A program made the translations under genes and the position numbers. A stretch of 64,000 nucleotides of DNA, from contig OZ241875.1 in the NCBI GenBank assembly GCA_965203325.1, positions 3,968,001-4,032,000 on the forward strand. The letters run 5' to 3'. Shown here one piece after another: positions 39,768 to 49,361 of this stretch; positions within the stretch are counted from its first letter, which is position 1; every line of letters starts with the position of its first letter. This stretch comes from a bacterium (GTDB lineage Bacteria; UBA8248). The notes under the pieces are model-generated. The model did no database searches. It saw nothing but the letters and a program-made list of their open reading frames with translations, and was not told the DNA's origin.

Positions 39768-40748
39768 ATGAAGGCGATACACGTGCATGAATTCGGCGGC
39801 CCCGAAGTGATGGTGCTCGAAGACGCGGCGGACCCGGCGCCCGCGGCGGGCCAGATACTGGTGGACGTGAAGGCGGCGGGCGTGAACCCCGTGGACACCA
39901 CCTTCCGCTCGGGCGCACATCCGCTCTCGAAGAGCCTGGCGCTGCCCTGGACGCCCGGCATCGACGCGGCGGGCGACGTGACGGCCGTGGGCGAGGGCGT
40001 GAGCGGTTTCTCCCCCGGCGACAGGGTGTTCGGCGCGGCGGTGAGCGGCGCGTATGCCGAAAAGGCGCTCCTGAATCCCTTCCGCACGGCGAAACTCCCG
40101 GACAACCTCTCCTATGAGGAGGGTGCTTCCCTGCCGGTGGTCTTGTACACGGCCTACTACGCGCTGATTTACAAGGCGCAGATAAAGGCGGGCGAGACGG
40201 TGCTCATCCACGCGGGCGCGGGCGGCGTGGGCTGCATGGGGATCCAGATCGCAAAGGCGGCCGGCGCGCGCGTCATCACGACGGTGAGTTCAGAAGAAAA
40301 AGCCGCGTTTTGCCGCGATTTCGGGGCCGACGTGGTGATCAACTACCGCGAGGAGGATGTCGCCGAGCGCTGCCTGGCCGAGACCGGCGGCGTCGGGGTG
40401 GATTCGGTGATCGAGATGGTGGCGGTGGAGAATTTCGACGCCGACTGCCGGGCGGTCAAGAAATACGGCACGATCGTCGTGCTCGGCGCGGGCACCGGCA
40501 AGAACCCGGTGGGTTCGGTGAACTATCCGCCGTTTTATTCAAAGGACATCGACGTGCGCGGGTTGAGCCTGTTCAACTCCGACCCCGTGTTCCCGGAGAT
40601 GATTCGCCAGCTGGATCTGATGCTGGCCGATGGCAGGGTGCGCGCCTCGGTGGGGGAGACGATGCCGCTTGCGGATGCGCCTCGCGCCCATGACGTGCTG
40701 ATGACCGGGAAAGTCTTCGGGAAAATCGTGCTGACGATGGGCGGCTAG
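39768..40748 (+). CDS. NADPH:quinone reductase (MDR family)
   Basis: GVNPVD, PGIDAAG, HAGAGGVG and GKIVL motifs. Confidence 0.92.
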   Translation: MKAIHVHEFGGPEVMVLEDAADPAPAAGQILVDVKAAGVNPVDTTFRSGAHPLSKSLALPWTPGIDAAGDVTAVGEGVSGFSPGDRVFGAAVSGAYAEKALLNPFRTAKLPDNLSYEEGASLPVVLYTAYYALIYKAQIKAGETVLIHAGAGGVGCMGIQIAKAAGARVITTVSSEEKAAFCRDFGADVVINYREEDVAERCLAETGGVGVDSVIEMVAVENFDADCRAVKKYGTIVVLGAGTGKNPVGSVNYPPFYSKDIDVRGLSLFNSDPVFPEMIRQLDLMLADGRVRASVGETMPLADAPRAHDVLMTGKVFGKIVLTMGG

Positions 40749-40779
40749 ACGCCGTATCTCGGCCACCTGGTGAACCCAC

Positions 40780-41196
40780 ATGAATGAAGACGCGATTCAG
40801 CCGGGTATCGAGGGGACGTATGCCGTCGTCGTGGCGGATGAGCACGTGCCCATGCACCTGCGCGGCACGAACGCAGAAGTCGTGGCGACGCCCGAACTGG
40901 TGCGCTTCATGGAAAAGGCCGCCATGGACGCGCTGGCGGCCCACCTGGGGCCTGAAGAGACGAGCGTGGGGACGAAGGTATCGCTCACCCACATGGCGGG
41001 AACGCCCAAGGGGATGCGCGTGGAAGCGCGGGCGCGGCTGGTCGAGCGTGACCGCAGGCGCTGCGTCTTCGAGGTGGAGATTCACGACGAGGTGGAACTC
41101 GTCGCCCGCGGGACGAACGAGCGCTTCATCGTGCCCAAAGAGCGCAAGAATGAAAAACTGATGGAAAAGATAGGAATAGCTAATAAACGACAATAA
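40780..41196 (+). CDS. Hot-dog thioesterase (FlK-like)
   Basis: VATP..VRFME, SVGT and THMAGTP (Thr/Glu/His triad). Confidence 0.88.
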   Translation: MNEDAIQPGIEGTYAVVVADEHVPMHLRGTNAEVVATPELVRFMEKAAMDALAAHLGPEETSVGTKVSLTHMAGTPKGMRVEARARLVERDRRRCVFEVEIHDEVELVARGTNERFIVPKERKNEKLMEKIGIANKRQ

Positions 41197-41241
41197 AACA
41201 ATTAGATATTAGATATATTTCAACAATTTTCAAGGAAAGAT

Positions 41242-42414
41242 ATGGACGGTTTGGAAGGAATTCGGGTGCTGGACCTCACGCATTACGTGGCGGGGCCGTT
41301 CTGTACGCTGATGATGGGGGACGCGGGCGCGGACGTGGTGAAGCTCGAACCGCCCGAGGGCGACCGCGTGCGGAATTTCCCGTCCTCATTCGCCGGGGAA
41401 AGCAGGCTGTTCCTGGGCCTGAACCGCAGCAAGCGCAGCATCGCCTTGAACCTGCGGGCGGAGCAGGGCCGGGAGATCGCCAAGAGGCTCGCCGCACAGG
41501 CCGACGTGTTCGTGGAGGGCTACCGCCCCGGCGCGGTCGAGAAGTTCGGGCTCGGCGCGGACGCCCTGATGCGCGAGAACCCCCGGCTCATCTATCTCTC
41601 GGTATCCGCCTACGGGCAGGGCGGCCCCCTGCGCGAGCGGCGCGGCATCGACCCCATCATCCAGACCACGGCGGGCATTCCCGCCGAGCAGGGCGGGGGC
41701 GGCGCGCCGGAACTCGTGCAGGGTTCTTTCGTGGACTACATGACGGGCGCGCTCGCGTACGGCGCGGTGATGATGGCGCTCTACGCCCGCGAGCGCACAG
41801 GCCAAGGCCAGCGAATCGACGCGTCTCTGCTGGGCGGGGCGACGGCCATGCAGTTCGGGCGCCTCATGTGGGCGAGTGATTTGGAGCCCGTCTCGGAGGT
41901 GGAAGACGCCCTGAACGACCGCATCGCCCGCGTGTATGAGGTTTCCGACGGCTACATCTATCTTTACATGGACGTGGACGGTTTCTGGGAGAAATCCTCG
42001 GAAATTCTGGGGCTCCCCGAACTGCTCGAAGAAGAGGCCTGGCGGACCTTCCGAGGGAGGCACGATGCGCGAGGCGTCATCATCCCCCTCGTGCAGGAGG
42101 TCCTGCGCAGGGCGCCGGGCGAGGAATGGGTGCGCAGGTTCGAGGGCGAGGGCGTGCCCTGCGCGCGCGTGCGCAAGCCCACCGATCTATATGAGGACCC
42201 CCAGATGAAGGCGATGGGCTATCTCGCGCAGGCCGAGCATCCCGAATACGGGGTGTTGCAGCTCGGCGGCGTGCCCGTCAAGTTCGACAAGACGCCCGCT
42301 TCCGTGCGGAGGCCCCCGCCGGTGCTCGGCCAGCATTCCGATGAGGTGCTTGGCGAACTCGGTTTCTCGGGGGAGGAGATAGCCGTTCTCAGGAGGGAGG
42401 ACGTCGTCCGCTAG
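41242..42414 (+). CDS. CaiB/BaiF family III CoA-transferase
   Basis: GIRVLDL, AGPF, GADVVKLEPP.GD, NRSKRSI, catalytic Asp in FVDY, and PP.LGQH. Confidence 0.93.
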   Translation: MDGLEGIRVLDLTHYVAGPFCTLMMGDAGADVVKLEPPEGDRVRNFPSSFAGESRLFLGLNRSKRSIALNLRAEQGREIAKRLAAQADVFVEGYRPGAVEKFGLGADALMRENPRLIYLSVSAYGQGGPLRERRGIDPIIQTTAGIPAEQGGGGAPELVQGSFVDYMTGALAYGAVMMALYARERTGQGQRIDASLLGGATAMQFGRLMWASDLEPVSEVEDALNDRIARVYEVSDGYIYLYMDVDGFWEKSSEILGLPELLEEEAWRTFRGRHDARGVIIPLVQEVLRRAPGEEWVRRFEGEGVPCARVRKPTDLYEDPQMKAMGYLAQAEHPEYGVLQLGGVPVKFDKTPASVRRPPPVLGQHSDEVLGELGFSGEEIAVLRREDVVR

Positions 42415-42550
42415 GGATTTCATATTTCGTATCGGGTGAATTGACCGCAAGATGCGCCGCGCTCGGCATTCCGCCCGAATCCAGGACAGATACATTTCCC
42501 GGCGAAACTTCTTTTGCCATTTTCATCAAACATCAAACGTGGAGAGGAAA

Positions 42551-43771
42551 ATGATTCGCAAACTACGCACCGAAAGAGACAACCAGCAGTGGATGCTCGA
42601 CCTGGCCCTGAACATGAGGGGCCGCGTCCAGAACTTCGAGCGCGACTACTTGGAAGTCCCCCAGGGCAAGCGCGCGCACAACTACCAGATGCTGCCCAAG
42701 GTCTGGCGCGAGTCCGCGGAATTTCACGAGACGCTCGGCAAGAAGGCCCAGCGAGAGGGGTTCGACGCCACGGCCACGGAGCACTACGACCACGCCATCG
42801 AGGCCTACCGCATGGCGCAGCACCCGATTTTCTATGACGACAACCCGGTGAAGATCTACCTGTGCAACAAGCTGAAGGAGATGGTCGACAGGCGCTCCGA
42901 GACGGCGTCCTACCCCATCGAGCGCGTCGAGGTGCCCTTCGACGACGGCAAGACGATCTCCTGCCTGCTGCACCTGCTTCCCGACCGGAGAAAAGCGCCC
43001 TGCATCATCTACGTGCCGGGCATGGATCAGAGTAAAGAAGTATTCCCCCACGCGCGCCACAACGTGGCGGCGGACAGGGGCTTTCACGTCATTGCGATGG
43101 ACGGGCCGGGGCAGGGCAACTCCAACATCCAGAAGATCCGCGCCGTGGGCGACAACTACGAGCGCGCGGGCGCCGCGGTGATGGACTACCTCCTCGGGCG
43201 CGAGGAGGTCGAACCCACCAAGATCGGCATCTACGGCATCAGCATGGGGAGTTTCTGGTCGCTCCGCCTGGCGAGCTACGACCACCGGGCGGCGGCGGTG
43301 GCGAGCGCGGTGGCGTGTTTTAATCCGAACAACACCATCTTCACGCAGTCCTCGCCGCGCTTCAAGCAGGTGTTCATGTACATGGCGGGCATGGACGATG
43401 AGGACGCCTTCGACGAGATGGCGCGCAACATGACCGTCAAGGGCTACATGGACAAGGTGCAGTGCCCCACACTGCTCGTGACGGGCGAGTTCGACCCGCT
43501 CTGCCCGCTCGAGGACGCGATAGAAGTGTATGAGGACTTGACCTGCAAGAAGGAGATGTGGGTGTTCGAGAACCAGTTCCACCCCCTCGTGAACCTCTCG
43601 AACCTGGGCGGCGTGGACAACCACCAGTACATTCTCGACTGGCTGCACCGCGCCCTGCTAGGCGAGAGCGTGAACGACGACCGCATCGCCTACGTCAAGG
43701 AAAACGGCGACGGCCCCTTCGGCGAGTGTGAGTGGACGCCGCCGGTCAGGCCCGGCGAGGTGTATTTCTAG
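42551..43771 (+). CDS. Alpha/beta hydrolase (2,6-dihydroxypseudooxynicotine hydrolase/FrsA-like)
   Basis: PGMDQSKE, DGPGQG, the GISMG nucleophile elbow, GEFD and FHP motifs. Confidence 0.85.
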   Translation: MIRKLRTERDNQQWMLDLALNMRGRVQNFERDYLEVPQGKRAHNYQMLPKVWRESAEFHETLGKKAQREGFDATATEHYDHAIEAYRMAQHPIFYDDNPVKIYLCNKLKEMVDRRSETASYPIERVEVPFDDGKTISCLLHLLPDRRKAPCIIYVPGMDQSKEVFPHARHNVAADRGFHVIAMDGPGQGNSNIQKIRAVGDNYERAGAAVMDYLLGREEVEPTKIGIYGISMGSFWSLRLASYDHRAAAVASAVACFNPNNTIFTQSSPRFKQVFMYMAGMDDEDAFDEMARNMTVKGYMDKVQCPTLLVTGEFDPLCPLEDAIEVYEDLTCKKEMWVFENQFHPLVNLSNLGGVDNHQYILDWLHRALLGESVNDDRIAYVKENGDGPFGECEWTPPVRPGEVYF

Positions 43772-43830
43772 GGATAGCTAAAAAACGGGCGGCCGGGCGT
43801 TTTCGACACAGAGATGAGTTTTTGGAATTA

Positions 43831-43978
43831 ACTCCCCCCTTGAGGGGGAGTCGAAGAGGCCAAGCCTTGGCGAAGGCCGATTCGGTGGGGGGACGGTTCT
43901 AAAAATAAAAGCTCCCCCCACCAGTTCGCTTGCGGGCTTGCGCCCTAAGCTCACTGACTCCCCCTCAAGGGGGGAGTT
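43831..43978. repeat. ACTCCCCCCTTGAGGGGGAGT palindromic repeat family
   Basis: Inverted arrangement; related cluster at 57043-57264. Confidence 0.8.
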
Positions 43979-44214
43979 TATCTTGCTCCCTTGCGAACAT
44001 TGCGGGAAGGATTGCGTTTTGTAGGTAGCGCTCCCTTCTTGGGAGCGCTACAGACATGCGGCCCTTGTAGTGAATGAAAAAAACAGGGTCGCATGTATGT
44101 CGGACATACATGTCCGACATACACACAAACGAATTTTTTCTTTGCGGTCCATAGGAATGGCTGTGAGAGAGCCGCGTGGTCTCAAGAACGACCCGCACGC
44201 GTGGCGTCCACTTC

Positions 44215-44892
44215 CTAGTCGATCAGATCGAGGAGGTCCTGCTGGTCATATTGGGCGTTGCGCTCCTTGACCCGGCTCAAGGGCAGCTCCCGGAAATCGA
44301 CCTCGCTCGATATGACCGGTTTTCGGCTGCGCCAGAAGGGTCCTTGACGGGGACGGCCGCGGCGCGGGTAGGCCCGGGCATAGAGGGCCGCGGCTTCGAT
44401 CTGGGCTTCCACGAGGGAGGGGTAAGCCGCGCGGACGGCGTCCACGCCGTCGCCGCCAGCGAGCATTTCGGCGATATCGTGAACGGGTATGCGGGTTCCC
44501 TTGATGCACGCTGTACCGGAAAGTACGGCCTCATCGGACGCGATCATCTTGCGCGCCCTCGCCAGCCTGGAGAGTCCTCTGCGCACTTGGCCCTTCATGG
44601 GCCGCACGTCGACGGACACGTTGTTCTCACGGGCCGTCCCGGCCTTCGGATTCTCGAGAAGATAGCGCACGAGCCGACGGCGTCCGTCGAGGGTGAGGGT
44701 GTCCGTCGTCTCGTGGGCGAGCTTGAGGCCCACCAGGCCGTCGTAAAGGATGAAGCGGGAGCCCTTTTGGCTTTCCGCAGCAGCGCCCAGAAGGCCCGAG
44801 TCGATGATGCGGTGCACCTGTTTCAGAGGTACGCCGGTGACACAGGCCGCCTCGTTCGCCGACATGGCCCGGTCCGCAATGCTAGTCGCCAT
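44215..44892 (-). CDS. DUF433 domain protein (antitoxin-like)
   Basis: SDEAVLSGTACIKGTRIPV...AYPSL...IEAAALY DUF433 motif; GGAGG RBS. Confidence 0.88.
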   Translation of the reverse strand: MATSIADRAMSANEAACVTGVPLKQVHRIIDSGLLGAAAESQKGSRFILYDGLVGLKLAHETTDTLTLDGRRRLVRYLLENPKAGTARENNVSVDVRPMKGQVRRGLSRLARARKMIASDEAVLSGTACIKGTRIPVHDIAEMLAGGDGVDAVRAAYPSLVEAQIEAAALYARAYPRRGRPRQGPFWRSRKPVISSEVDFRELPLSRVKERNAQYDQQDLLDLID

Positions 44893-45077
44893 TATCTTTC
44901 CTCCATTCTGGAAAGAATATAGCCCATCGTGGATCAAAATGCCAGCCCGCTTTCACCGTGGAGCGGTTCCGCCTGCACGGGTCAAGGGGACGCCCCTTTG
45001 CTTCCCCCATACGGGCGGCGCTTTTCGCCTGCCTGGTGTAGAATCCCGCGAAACCGGACGTTTATGGGGAGGCGCCC

Positions 45078-45602
45078 ATGTTTTCCATCGTTCTGAAAGC
45101 ACTGCTTCTCTCGCTTGCCCTCTCCGCTCCCGCCGGAGGCGCGTCCGCCGCCGGGCTTGTAAGCGAGTGCAATCCGGCGATGGTCGGCGAGTGGATTTGC
45201 GGGGAGATCCGGTACCTGAAAATATCCTTTGAGGTGGGTGAAGACGCGATTACGAGAGTGACCTTCGTAGACGCTTCGGCTTCCGGAGAGGGGCGCGGGC
45301 GCAAAACGCACACGGAAATTGCGGACGGGAAAGTCCATGCTCTTGAGAACGGCACCCGGTACGCCTCTTCGTGCAACCACAGGATCGGCCCAAGGGGCTA
45401 TAAGATTTATCGACGCGCCGCCCGGGATGAAGCCACCGGCAGGGTTTTGATCGGGGATTACATCGTTCTGGAAGACGGGCGAATGCTTATCGGCTTGTTC
45501 GGCAACGGGAAGATGGAAGGCTACGATGTCAAGAATTCCTCCAGGCCGAGCGAGCCGGACCACATCGTCGAATGCATCAGGTGCAAGAAAACCGGCTGTT
45601 GA
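45078..45602 (+). CDS. Hypothetical secreted protein
   Basis: GGAGG RBS, signal-peptide-like N-terminus, several Cys including a C-terminal CxxC. Confidence 0.65.
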   Translation: MFSIVLKALLLSLALSAPAGGASAAGLVSECNPAMVGEWICGEIRYLKISFEVGEDAITRVTFVDASASGEGRGRKTHTEIADGKVHALENGTRYASSCNHRIGPRGYKIYRRAARDEATGRVLIGDYIVLEDGRMLIGLFGNGKMEGYDVKNSSRPSEPDHIVECIRCKKTGC

Positions 45603-45715
45603 GGCCTTGCCGGCCGGATCGATTCGGCCGTTTTGCGGCGCGGCGACTATCGCCCGGGTGAGCGCGCAAGCGGCGTGCGCCAAGTGAGTCAGCAAGTCTA
45701 ACCCTGGAGAATTTC

Positions 45716-46591
45716 TTGAACCCCTTGCTGGCTTCGTTCTTTGCGCTCGCCTCCTCAGTCCTGTTCGCCGTCTTCAGCGTCATGGCGCGAAGGTACATGC
45801 GCTACACGAGCGCCTTCACGGGCAGCCTCATCACGCTGAGCATCGGTACTGTTGTTCTGGTCGTCATCTCGGCCTTTTTCTCCCCGTGGGGGGAGCTCAC
45901 GCTGCCGGTCGCCCTGTGGTTTCTGGTCGGCGGTGCGCTCGCGCCCGGATTGGCGCAGGCGCTCATGTTCCTGAGCATCGGCTACATCGGGGTGGGCCGC
46001 GCCATGCCGCTCATCACGGTGACGCCTTTTTTCAGCACGCTCGTGGCGATGGCCTGGCTCGGCGAGCGGCCGGGCGTCGTGGTCCTGGCGGCGACGCTCT
46101 TCGTCGTCGCGGGATGCGTCCTGTTGGCGCTCAAGAGAGAAGGCGAGAAACCCTGGCGGCGGATTTTCATCCTCATGCCGATGGCCCACGCCGTCTCGTT
46201 CGCCTTCGCCGCATCCATCAGAAAACACGTGCTCGCCCTCATGCCCGAACCGCTGCTGGGGGCGACGCTTTCCTATGCGATTTCCCTTCCCGTGCTGTTC
46301 GTGTTCTATCCCTTCCTGCCCGAAAACGAGCGGCTCTCCTTCAACCGCGCGGGCGTGCTGGGCTTCGCGCTGGCGGGCTCGATTCTCACGCTTTCATTTT
46401 TTTGCCATTTCACGTCGTACCGTTACGGCGACGTGTCGATCATCGCGCCCATCGTCTATACGGCGCCGCTGTTCTCCCTGCTGCTCGCGCGGATATGGCT
46501 CAAGGGGGAAGAAGAAATTACCTGGCAGAAAACGGTGGGCGCGGTCTTGTTGTTCATCGGGATGGTGGTGATCATCTGGCAGGCGGCGTGA
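45716..46591 (+). CDS. EamA/DMT family transporter
   Basis: About 10 TM segments in two repeats; WLGER and LKGEE motifs. Confidence 0.9.
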   Translation: MNPLLASFFALASSVLFAVFSVMARRYMRYTSAFTGSLITLSIGTVVLVVISAFFSPWGELTLPVALWFLVGGALAPGLAQALMFLSIGYIGVGRAMPLITVTPFFSTLVAMAWLGERPGVVVLAATLFVVAGCVLLALKREGEKPWRRIFILMPMAHAVSFAFAASIRKHVLALMPEPLLGATLSYAISLPVLFVFYPFLPENERLSFNRAGVLGFALAGSILTLSFFCHFTSYRYGDVSIIAPIVYTAPLFSLLLARIWLKGEEEITWQKTVGAVLLFIGMVVIIWQAA

Positions 46592-46608
46592 GGTGGTGGG
46601 GCGTGATT

Positions 46609-46636
46609 GTAGGGACAGGTCGCGACCTGTCCCTAC
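46609..46636. repeat. GTAG-family REP GTAGGGACAGGTCGCGACCTGTCCCTAC
   Basis: Perfect palindrome; also at 47879-47906 and about 28870. The variant GTAGGGGCGGTTCGCGAACCGCCCCTAC occurs at about 47749, 57300 and 60289. Confidence 0.9.
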
Positions 46637-46645
46637 AATCAAAAC

Positions 46646-47621
46646 CTACTTCGCTTTATCCAGAATCCCCGTCGCCTCCAGGTCCTTTCGGAACGCGTCC
46701 TTCTCGCGCTGCGTCAGGGGCACGATGGGCGGGCGCGGCTCGCCAGCCGGCAGGCCGAGCAGCTTCGTCCATTCCTTGAGATACGCCGTCGTGCGTCCGT
46801 TCGGGCCCGTCGTGAAGTACTTCTTGCGGACCGTCCGCAGGGGTTCGAGCGAGTAGTTGATCTGCCAGGCCTTCTCCGTGTCGCCCGCCATCGCGGCTTC
46901 GTAGTAGTCGCGGATCGGCGTGTAGCCCGGCGTCTGGAAGAGATAAGGAACAGGGGAGGACATGTGCACCTGCATGCCCAGATGCAGCAGGCTCACGAGG
47001 AAGTTCTCCTCGTTCGGGTCGCAGACGACGATCTCATCCCCCACGCGGCGTCGCACCTCGCTCTGGTGTGCCATGCTCGGAACCGCGTTCTTGATGCAGC
47101 AGATGTTCTCGAGCGTACAGAGCCGCTCGATGAGTTCGGGGCTGAGCGTGGTTCCCGATTTCGGCTGGTTGAACAGCGAGAGGCCGATGTCTATCTGATC
47201 GCAGATGGTCTTGAAGTAGAGAAAAATCTCGTCGTCATCGTGCGCGCCGTAGACCGGGTTGATCATGATGGCGTAATCCGCCCCGACTTCCTCGGCGTGT
47301 TTGGTGAGTTCGACGGCTTCCTTGATGTTGATGTGCGGGGTGTGGGGGGATGGTCTGCGCGCCGCCCCGGCTCTCCTCGCAGACGATGTGCTGCACGCGC
47401 TTTCGCTCCTCGGGCGAGAGCGACCAGTACTCGCCCATCAGCCCATTGCAGAAAAACCCGTCTATCTTCAGATCGTCGATGCAGGTGCGGACGATCTTGC
47501 GAAGGCCCTCCTCGTCCAGTTCGCCCTCGGGCGTGAAGGGCGTCGTGAGCGCGGCCCAGACGCCCGTCATGTGTTCCCTGCAATACGCTTTCGCTTCCGA
47601 TTTGGTGTAATTCATGTTCAA
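46646..47621 (-). pseudogene. DapA/NanA-family aldolase with a +1 frameshift
   Basis: The N-half (TPFTPEGELD, GLMGEYWSLS.EER) and C-half (CIKNA, Schiff-base Lys) join if one G is removed from G6 at 47344-47349. Confidence 0.85.
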
Positions 47622-47942
47622 CCCCTCTCCTCAAAGACGGTGCGGAACCAATGAAAACCCGATGGCCAGCGCGCGTTCGACCAGCGTTTTATTCTTCTGA
47701 ATATCTTTTCATCATACATCAAAATCGCGTCTGGGGCGTGTCAATTCCGTCGGGGCGGTTCGCGAACCGCCCCGACAATGACACTGCAATTCCTGTCTTT
47801 TCGCTCGGGCTTTGCCACTAATCGTCGTCATTCTGGCGTATGCCGGAATGACAAACGAATCACGCAATCGCCGAATGCGTAGGGACAGGTCGCGACCTGT
47901 CCCTACAGGGGAGCAAAGTGCCTTGCTCGGCAAGCCCTCCCG

Positions 47943-49361
47943 CTACCCGGACATCTTCCCGGCCAGGGACTCGAACGCCATCTGGAACGGCGCTTCGGGC
48001 GCGCGGAGGACGCCCGCGCCTATCTGTCCTACGCCCGGCTCGCGGTGGGCGATGCCCGTGTTGATGACGGGGTAGATGCCCGTCTCGATCACCTTGCGCA
48101 CGTCGACCCCGGTCGGCGCGCCCGCGAAATCAAGGGCGGGCAGGGTGTAATCGCGGCTCCGCGCCCAGGTGATGCCGTACATCTCGTTCGTCGCCTGAAA
48201 GGCCTCCGCCGTCGAGCCGCCCACGAACTCGACGATGGCGGGCGCCGCTGCCATCGCGAAGCCGCCGACGCCGAGCGTTTCCATGATCGCCGAATCGCCA
48301 ATGTCGGGATTGGCGTCTTCCTGCGAATAGCCCGGGAAGAACAGGCCGACGGGATTTTTCGCGGGCGCCGTGAACCACCTATCCCCCAAGCCGGCGACCC
48401 TGATGCCGAAATCCGTCCCGTTGCGCGACATGGCGTAGACCAAGGAGCTGCCCTCGACCCCCGCCATGGTGTCGAGGCTCGCCTTGGCGGCGGGCATCGC
48501 GAGGTTCAGGAAGAAGTGATCGTTGCCCGCGAGGAATTCCGCCGCGCGGGAGATCACGCCGGTGTCGCTGACAGAATCCGCGAGCCAGGGCATGAGGGTG
48601 CGGGCGACCGTGGAGGTGGCCGCGACGTTCCGGTTGTGCGCCTCATCGCCCATCTGCAGGGCGCGCGCGATCACGTTTTTGATGTCCAGCCCCTCCGGCA
48701 TGGCGCGAAGCGCCGCGCGCAGGGCGGGGGCGAGTTCGTCCGCCATCCATTTCAGGCGCGCCAGCACGTCTTCTGAATAGGCGCCATAGCGCAGCACCTT
48801 GCCCAGACCCTCGTTCAGCGTACAATAGGCCCTCCCGCCGCCGCCGAGTTCCTCAGGCGCCCGGTTTTCGATGATGCTCACCGGCATCGAGGGCGACACC
48901 ACGCCCGCCATCGGCCCCACCGACGAGTGGTGGTGGCAGGGCTCGAAGGTGATTTCTCCGCTTGCGCAGAGTTTTTCGGCCGCCTCCGCGTCCTGCGCCC
49001 AGCCTTCGAGAAGCGCCGCGCCGATCATCGCGCCCTTGAGAGGGCCGGACATTCTATCCCAGGCGATGGGAGGGCCCGCGTGCAGGAGGGTGCGCTCGCC
49101 CATGCCGGGCACCTCGTCCATGGCTGTCCCGATATCCACCCAAACGGGTCTGGCCGCCTGAAGGCGTTCGATGGCGATGTCGTTGGCCGCATCGCAAGCG
49201 GCCAGTCGGTCGAGGTGTTCGATCATGTCGGGGTCTCCTCCGGCGGGGGGGCGCCAGTCCACCTGCACCACGGGGGCGTTCTGCGCGGCCAGGCTCTCCG
49301 CGAACAGCTCCACGCCGACGTTGGCGACGCGGACGCCTTCCAGCAAGTTTTTCGCGCTCAT
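47943..49361 (-). CDS. DUF1116 protein (YahG/YlbE-like, oxamate carbamoyltransferase-related subunit)
   Basis: LHAGPP, PCHHH.SVGPMAG, NEGLGKVLRYGA, MGDEAHNRN, RNGTDFG, DIGDS and INTGIAH motifs. Confidence 0.9.
   Translation of the reverse strand: MSAKNLLEGVRVANVGVELFAESLAAQNAPVVQVDWRPPAGGDPDMIEHLDRLAACDAANDIAIERLQAARPVWVDIGTAMDEVPGMGERTLLHAGPPIAWDRMSGPLKGAMIGAALLEGWAQDAEAAEKLCASGEITFEPCHHHSSVGPMAGVVSPSMPVSIIENRAPEELGGGGRAYCTLNEGLGKVLRYGAYSEDVLARLKWMADELAPALRAALRAMPEGLDIKNVIARALQMGDEAHNRNVAATSTVARTLMPWLADSVSDTGVISRAAEFLAGNDHFFLNLAMPAAKASLDTMAGVEGSSLVYAMSRNGTDFGIRVAGLGDRWFTAPAKNPVGLFFPGYSQEDANPDIGDSAIMETLGVGGFAMAAAPAIVEFVGGSTAEAFQATNEMYGITWARSRDYTLPALDFAGAPTGVDVRKVIETGIYPVINTGIAHREPGVGQIGAGVLRAPEAPFQMAFESLAGKMSG

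Noticed and set aside
41150..41240. AT-rich stretch with an ATTAGATATT tandem
   Set aside because: It is short and probably promoter DNA; I cannot support any specific motif.
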